41,624 bases of DNA from Octopus bimaculoides (lineage: Eukaryota), in assembly GCF_001194135.2 (NCBI RefSeq), contig NC_069001.1, forward strand, positions 551,466 to 593,089, read 5' to 3'. Made by a program: the position numbers and the translations under genes. The stretch's first letter is position 1. Every line of letters starts with the position of its first letter. Positions 27,739 through 36,700 of the stretch are shown here, one piece after another. The notes beneath the pieces are model-generated. The model was not told where the DNA came from, did no database searches, and saw only the letters and a list, made by a program, of their open reading frames with translations.

Positions 27739-30700
27739 TAATAATAACTTCATATTCAGGTAGACACCTTGTTGTATGTTGTTTAAAGCCCATTCACAGT
27801 ATTTGGCTAATGTAATGTCATCAACAAATGGCAAATAAAAACAAGGTACTTTTAGAAAAGTTTACTGGAGGAGACACCTCTGCACCTATGGTGCATCATC
27901 ACAGGTGTTTGTTCATCATCTCACCTGCAAAGCACTGGTGCATGATGGGTCAAAGTGAATGATCTAAATTAAAACCTCCCATTAAAATCCTTATATTAAT
28001 TAATGTTCCAAACTTCAGATTGATAACAACAAAGTTATTTTGTTAAATTCTTTGTTACTTTCGAAATTAATTGAAACAAAGGCAGTGTATGCCAGAAATA
28101 GGGTAACAAAGGGGTTAAAGTGATCTAAATATGGTAATAAAAGAGTTAATTGATTTCGTATTTTTTCATTCATTATCTGTCTCCCCCCCCCTCCACCACC
28201 ACCCCATTCGTTCAAGCTTTCATTCATCCTTTTGTTCTTTCTTTCATTCGTTGCAGCCCAGTCAAATTGGAACGCTGTTCACATTCCTCGCACGACAAAT
28301 GGCAAGACATGAAAACACCATCTTAGTGAACCGTGTCCTCTTTGAGCAAGTACTTGAGTTCCTGTCAAACCCAGACGAGGCGACACGTCATGAAGAGAGA
28401 CAACAAGCCATGATGGAGTTATTAATGGTTGGCGGCTTGAACATATTCAGTGACCAACGTCTTTTACAACTTGCTGAAAATGCCAAATTGTAAGTTGTTT
28501 GCTCGACAAAAAACAAAACGAAAAAGAATTTCCTTCAATTTCAGAGTTGTTGTTGTTTTTGTTGTTGTTGGCGGCGGTGGTGGTGGCGGTGGCCAGAAAT
28601 TTTGGTGGGAGGAGGCTAGTCAATAGTGGCCCGTATAAAGCAGTATCCAAAAGTGATCAACGCCAAGGTCGCCTGACTGACTCCTGTGCCGGTGACGCAT
28701 AAAAAGCACCCATTACACTCTCGGAGTGGTTGGCATTAGGAAGGGCATCCAGCTGTAGAAACCTTGCCTGATTAGATTGGAGCCTGGTCCAGCCGCTGGC
28801 TTTCCAGACTTCAGTCAAGCCATCCAACCCATGCCAGCATGGAAAACGGATGTTAAACAATGATGATGGTGATGATGATGATGTATATATGTATATATAT
28901 ATGTGTGTGTATGTACATATTTATATACATGTATACATTAGAATGTACTTATATATATTTCTATGGCTGTATCTTTATATTCACATATGTATGTATATGT
29001 GTCTATAAACACACACCCATTAAGGATTCGAGAGAAGAGAGTTGTTGCCATATTATGTTTGCATTAATTTCTCTTCCCTTCCTCCTTCACTGCATTAACA
29101 CATAAATGAACCATTATTTGTAGCTTTTACTTATCAAGCATCTGCAAATATTGCATTTCATGTCTATTTACTAAACATGTGCCTACTCTAGTTTTTATTT
29201 TATATTTTATTTTTTCGTGCTTAATGAAGATCTTACCATTACCGATTTTTTTAAATTTTCTTTTTCTTTTCAATTCCAGTTACCGAGTCTGTGAGTTTGT
29301 CTATGAGAAGAACCACCATTATGACAAAATTCTTGTTTGTCACTTAAAAGACTACACCAGACGGGTAAGGGATGAAACCTGGATTGCTGCTAAAAATATC
29401 TGGCATTTTTTAGCTGTAAATGATTGCTTTATTTTAGGGCAACAATAGGACTTTCTCTGAAATTTCCTGTTGAATACAGGAACTTGTAGTCTCTTAGGTT
29501 ATCTTTCCAACTTCATTTTCCTTTTTGTTTTGAAACCTTAATAATACTTAATCAAAAGAAGGAGAGTATCAGTGATTCCCTACAACACCACTGACACTGT
29601 GTAATAGTGCAAGGGATGTGAAGAGGAATCCCCAACACAGCAGTTCCTGCAATGGGACATAGCATAGGTTTTTCATCAAAATATATCAACAATATATTAG
29701 AATCAGTTGTATTAATTTTATCATTTTCCCTTTAAAGTTACCAATATTAAGGAGCTGATTGTATACAGTGTACTACAACTGTTCAGAAAAAGGTAAAAAA
29801 GGGGACAGACGGTAGCAATTAGTCAAAGAAAGACAGCAATGGATGATTGAAGTGCATGCATGATATACAAAATAAACCAGAAAAAGACAGAAAAGGGAAC
29901 TGGAGAAGAGTCATAAGAAGAAAAGGATTCATAGATATTTCAGGAATCATTTTAGAAAGCATGGAATTGTTGAAGGATGCAGTGTACTGACAGCTAACAA
30001 CTGTGATGTGTAGTTTATTCCATTCTTCAATAATTCTGAACTTCAAAACTATTCCTGAAAATCATGGGTGTTGCACTGTTTTTTGGATTTTATAAAAGAC
30101 TTTCTGCCAAATTCTTACATTTGTGTTTCAGTAATTTAACTTCTTTTTTTTTTCACTTCACTTTGTTTATTTTCATCATTTTCTCTTCCTCAGCATATGG
30201 TATTTCCTTATATTAACCGCATCCTTCATGGAGATGGCTATAGTGCTGCTGAGAAAGAGTCTGTTAAAGTTGCTGCTCTTGAAAACTTAATTGTAAGCTT
30301 GTTTATTTTCTTTTTTTCTTCTTTCATATTTTTTTTAATCCAGTTCTTCTAAATTATTAATTGCATTTCTTAATATTTTTTAGAGAGAATTTGTTTTTTA
30401 ATCTTTAGAAAAAATTGTGAGTTAAATTTGGTGAATAAAAACTGTGCTGAGGTCAACTGAGTATAAATATTATATATACATAAGAGAAAACGAGAGACCA
30501 CAGGCTTTGTTTGACAGGATCCTCCAAGTAGGCAGTTGATATGATTTCAAAAGTTACAGGTTGGATGTTGGTTGGAGACTGTGTATGTGTGTATTTGTGC
30601 TTGTTGTAGTATGTGATGTTAAGTGGTGTTGTCTAAACAGGAGTAACTGACCGTGTCATTGTGGGGATTGAAGAGTTTATAGCTGTGAATTCTAGATAAA

Positions 30701-33700
30701 TACTTTTTAATTAGTTTCAGGAAGCTTCTAGGTATGTTAGTGGAAACTTTTAAGATGTATGGAGGATTGAACCAGATTATTTTTCTCCCTCTGACTCTCT
30801 TTGGTCTCAGGAGTGAAAGTAGAGGGGGTCCTGTATATAAAAGTGATGATGATGATGATGATGCTTTCTTTTCCAGGATTTAGTGAACATCGACTGTAAG
30901 AAAGCAGCCAAAGTAGTCATCTTCAGTTTGTCTTGTAATCTCAGTGATGTGGTGGAACAACTGAGGAACAAACCAAGAATACTCTATGATTTTTTACAAG
31001 GAGTACTTTCATACAAGTGAGTATTGTCTTCAGCTGCTTCAGATACCAAGATATCAAAAATTGTCAAAGTGTAGTACAATGGTTTAGCATTTTTCAAAAG
31101 TGTAGTAAGTCCCACATACGACAGTTTTGCAAAAATATTTCCGACTGAAAATATCCTACATGCATGGAGTTATGGTTTTATGCATCCAACAAAGTATTAT
31201 TGTTAAGCTGAAACTGTTGCTAATGTAAAAAGAAATGGAATGGCAAAACTATTTCTTCGTTTTCTGAAAAAGCAACATTTTGGACTTACGACACTTTTAC
31301 TTAATAGCAACAACTTAACGATTTCTCTCTTGTCTGACTGTTCCAGGGAATCGGTTGGTAACCATGTCAACCCAGACAAGCAAGTCACCATAGAACCAAT
31401 CATCTATGAACTCTACATCGACCTCCAGTGCCAGTTTCACACCAGTAATGTGTACAACTTCATCAAGAATGTCGATGGATACCGGCTGGAGGAAACTCTC
31501 AAGGTTGGTCACTTCAAATTTTTCTAAATCTGCTTTGATCTTCTCTTTTTTTTCTTTTTGCATTTTAACAAGCTCCATTGTCAATCATTGGCTGTATCTC
31601 AGCCATAATTATCATCATTATCGTTGTCATAAACTTCAGTATCATCACCAATTCAGCCCATTATCATCATCACTGCCATAAATTTCATCATCATCATAAT
31701 TATCATTGTCACTATCAGCTTCATCATCATCATCATCCCCACCACTACTGCACTCATCATCATCATCATCATTGGCTTGCCCCCTAGTAGAATGGTCAGT
31801 GTCTTAGACCAAATGCCCTCCAGTACATATTCTGACTCTTCATGTTCTGTGTTCAAATCACACTAACATCAGCTTGGCCCTCAATTTTGTCTTTTACCCC
31901 TTCTAGGAGTTTCATAAAATAATGTACTTGTGTGTGGTTTCGATCTGTTACTCCCACCTTAATAAAAAACGCCAAACTCTAGTGCCTGGGATGCCAGAAA
32001 TCCTTGTTATTGCTGGTCCAGCATCCTTTGTCCACCTGTTATAATTCCATTTCATATCTTGGATGCATTACAAGAATCAGACCAAGAACTGAATGGTACT
32101 TTGTTCTAACCAGCACCCCATCCAAAAAGATGAAAGGTAAAGTTGACCTGTGGAGGAATTGAACCCAGAACATAAAGACTCAAGACTACACGTTGCATTT
32201 TGTGTAAAACTCTTACAATTCTGCACTCCATCATATACTGTTGTTGTTTCTGTTGTTATTGTTGCTGTTATCTCTTCACCAGATCGTAAACAAATATGAC
32301 ATACCTTGTGCTTCTGCCCACATCTTGGAGAAAATGGGAGACATCCTTGGAGCATTCAACATAATGTTAGCAGTAAGTATTGGCAATTTTTTAAGGGAAG
32401 AATTTTTCTTCTTCGTTCTTGCAGTAACCCTTTTGATACCAACCCACTCAAGACTTCTTCATTCTATTATACAAAATCTTAATTTTAAAGTGAAAAAACT
32501 TTCCATCAAAATTCCAATTTCGTTTATGCTGCAAACACCATCTTAATAATGACACACACACACACACACACACGTTTCCCATTGCAATTAAAACCACTCT
32601 CTTCTTGTTTGGTGTGGATGATTTCAGAACATGACCAAAGTGAGGTTATCACCATACTCCTGAACAAATGAATCCCTATGCTTTGCAGTGTCATCCCTAA
32701 TTCTTTTCCCTCTTTCTTTATAAACAGACTTTGAATAAAAAGGTCCACACATTTACGGATGCAATTCTTTCAAAGAAACTAACCAAAGCAGGTTTGTTTA
32801 AAAACTCTTTTATAATAAATCAATGCCAAATATACAGAGTGTGTATGTTATATAGACAAGCATCATCATTGTTTAAGATGGGTGAAAAGCCAGGGGACTC
32901 CATCAGATCACAACTATGTAGGACGTACCCCTTTGAGAATACCATATGCACCAATGATAACTGCATGGTATGTAGGATTAACTGTAGAATTAGAAATGTA
33001 GTTTACAGCATAAGATGCATGGAAGGTGCTTGTAAAGACATGAACATGACATACATAGGGGAGACATCTAGGAGCATTGCGGAACGACCAAATGCAAGAA
33101 AATATACTTGTCCTTTAATATTTAATATTTAATATTTCATTTATTCAATAAGACAATCAGTACTTCATTTCATTTTACTATATATTCTATATATTCCATA
33201 TTCTATATCCTATTATAAGAATATAAATAAAACATAAGAAACAAGCAGTTGGAATTTTTTTGAATAATATATATATGTGTATATATACATTTTGTGTGAT
33301 TATGTTCTTTTGCCCTTCCTCTCTTTCTCTCTCCTATTTCTCACTCTTCTCTCTCCTCTCACTTTCTCTTACACTCTCACTTTGTCTCCTCCCATCATTC
33401 ACCCCTCTCCTCTCTCTCTCTGTTCCCTCTCTCTCTCTGTTCCCCCTCTCCTTCGCTCCTTAAGTTTGGCTGCTGTGACTGAACCAGCCTGTTTCACAAA
33501 TACTTACATGCACACACTCACACCTTTAGTTAGTGTGTGTGTTTGTGTGTGTCATGCACACACACACACATGTGGATACATGTTGACTCTCAGTTCTTCA
33601 TTCAGACGGAAATGATGATGATGATGCTGATGACTACAGCAACAATATATTTGTAACTGAAATTTCTTCGAAGAGGGACATCATTATCATCACAATCATC

Positions 33701-36700
33701 AACATCATCATCACTCCCCACCATCGTCATCACCACCACCACCACCGCCACCATCGTCTCCAAGTCAACATATCTCTTGTCATTAAAATTCTTTCATATC
33801 AAGAAATGACATCGTATTTCCTTTCAACCCTTCAAATATTTGTTTCTCTTTCCACAAGTTTATCACTGATTTACTCACAATTATATACATAACTCTGTGT
33901 GTGTGTGTGTGTGTGTGATTATACTCTTTTATTTATATACTTTATTCGTATATATAATTATATTCCTATATTTGTGGGTTTCATTTTCAAGCATATCACC
34001 ATCATCTTTGAATGTGTGTGTCACTGCATGCATGTGTGAATATGTGTGCAAACTGCTTCATATATATGTGTGTGTGTATGTGTTTGTTTTTTTTCCTCTG
34101 TTTTGCAAGTTACTTGGGAAACTCACTCGTGCCTGTAACACCAAAATAGTGCTCAGTACATTCTGTGTAATGGTTGGCATCAGGAAGAGCATCCAGCTGT
34201 GGAAACTATACAAAAGTTGACATTGGACCTCAGCAGCTCACCAAATCATGTCCAACCCATGCCAGCATGGAAAATGGATGTTGAATGATGATGATGATGA
34301 TGCATGCATGTGTGTGTGCCTCCTTGCCTTGAGATTGCACGTGATTCTCAGTCATACAAGCAGTGTCGGTCATTTCCAGTCTTCCCCAAAAACATGTCTG
34401 GCCTGGGGTAAATATTACCTTACATGGAAACAGGTGAGGGTTGGCGACAGTAAAAACATCCAGCCATTGAAAATCAGCTTCTCTTAATTCTGGTTCATGC
34501 AAGCATGGAAATGTGGATGTCAAAACGGTGGTGGGAGGGGTTTTGATGATAATGACGATGCTGATGCGGTGGAGGAGGGTGATTGTGATCATAGTAAAGA
34601 TGATGAGGATAATGAGAATGATGACAATGATTGTGACAATGCTGCTGCTGATGATGATGATTTGTATTCTCTGTTCCATCAATTCTAGAGGCAGTTATTC
34701 AGCTCCAAGAAGTTCAAGCCAGTCTGTTAGTGGTGATCCAACTTTGTCAAAGAAACTCTGGGAAAATGGATGAAGGGAGTCGAGAGGTGAGTCTGTCATT
34801 ATTAAACGCAATTTCTTTTGTGTGTGTGTGTGCCAGTGTCTCAAAACAGGCATGTAAAAAGCACCCTTGGTGACCTTAGCATTCTGCCGTCTGGTGGTGG
34901 TCTACTCTTGGGTAGGCCTTGTGCATGAGAAACGTTTCCAGCTCTCTCTCTGTATGACCTGGGGTGGGGCCCTATATCCTCTCCTGTCACTGTTATTTAG
35001 TTTACTGAAACTTCAGCCATCCATCGCTAGACTTGGATTGAACACTGGAGGGGTTTCCCCTCGTTGCCTTCTCCTGGCAGGTGGGATTTGAACTCAGAAT
35101 GTAAAGAGTCAGACATTCCGATGATTCTGTGACTCTCCCACCCATTAGAGCAATGGAAAATGAAGTGTTTTGCTTAAGAACACAACTCAGTGCCCAGTCC
35201 AGGAATTGAACCCATGATCTAGCAATTGTGAGTGCAACTCCCTAACCACTGGACCATACACCTTCACACACACAATCAGTGATTGGGAACCCATTTGCCT
35301 CGTTAGTGTATATTAATGATATCTAAATAGATTTCAGAAAGAAAACTTTGCTCTGTAATTTAAAGAATTCTTTAACATTTTTTGCTACCATTTTTCTGTT
35401 GAAACATTCAGCTTTTGTTCCAATTGATTGTGAATAAGGTATGCAGCAAATTAACTGTCGTTATTTAAGCTGATTTTTGGGAATGTTGATCAAAGGTTTT
35501 AATTTAGATCGCTTTAAGGAAGCTTCTATCATAGAAGGAAGCAGGGGTGGTCATGGGCAGGTTGGTGTCAAAAGGGTTAAACTTCTGGAAATATTGATAG
35601 AAAAAACATTTTGAATATTGTGTTGGCAACATTTTCTGAAATTCTGGTTTTTATTGAACTAGGCCATGTGGTTCCCATTGTTAGAATCTATGATGGCCCC
35701 TCAGAGAAAACTTAAAGACTTGGATGACCGAGAAATAATTACAGGTGAGTTGAATTGCTTAAATTCCTTGAAATTGTTAGCTGTGTGGACAAAAACAAAA
35801 TGATCAGGTGGTGACATGGAGCAGTGGGAGGGGTCGTGGTCCTTCATCAAGAATAAGTCAGAGAAGAAATGTAGAAATACTGCATGAAAATGCAACATAA
35901 CATTCCTTTCTTATATATTTGCGTAATTAGAAATTGGAATTTAAAATTTTATCTAAAGAAGAAATGGGGTCACCCATACCCTTAGCAGGCCTCACAGACT
36001 GAGCTGGTCAATCCAATAAATATCCCAAAATAATTGCTGCTGTTATGTTTCTTCTTTAACAGACATTCAGGAGTTGACTCACCATATTCTCAACAGTATG
36101 ATGGGATACATAGCACTGCCTTCTATTTTACAGAAGATTATGCAGGTAAGTGAAGTTTCAGGCTAGTTTCCTTTTGATTTGATTTTCCCTTTGTGCTTGT
36201 ATATTTGAATTTGTGTGTGTATACAATGGCTTTGAGGAAGCTATAGGATGTTGCTCAAATGCTGAGCTCTGAGTGCTCTGCTTCTTATAGCAGAAACAGC
36301 TGTCAGCTAATGGAGGCGATTATGTGACTCCTGTTCTTTTGTCTTTTATTAATTAATTAATATTACACCCTGTACTCTCCTGCTGTACGATAACTGAAAC
36401 AAATTAAGAATTTTAGATATTAAAGATACAGATGTTATGTACAAGTTTACGAATCTATAAATAAATAACAACAGATGCAGAATGTGTCAGTTTATTTCAG
36501 CTGTTTCCAACGAATTTTTAATTCCAGCAGGTTAAGTGCCTAGTCAATGAAGACGTTTTTTGGTTTTGTTTCTTTCCTTCTTTTTTTTTTGTCCTTCTTA
36601 ACTTGTGTAGTCTTTCTTATAAAAACGACTCAAAATGTTTGATGTTGTTTCTGATTCTTTAAGGACCCAGCATACAACACTGGCAAGTTTGGTGAAGTGA

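Noticed and set aside
33626-33665. Sense-strand CTGATGA...GAAA resembling a hammerhead
   Set aside because: Lies in a (GAT)n tract; stems I and III cannot be formed.
34230-34773. 150-aa minus-strand ORF and overlapping ORFs
   Set aside because: Composed of family C repeat plus (GAT)n; the only real coding part is VPS8 exon 36.
36495-36535. Minus-strand GGAAACAGCTGA resembling the 39950 hammerhead
   Set aside because: Core reads CTGCTGGA and the stems and cleavage triplet are broken; too degraded to call.
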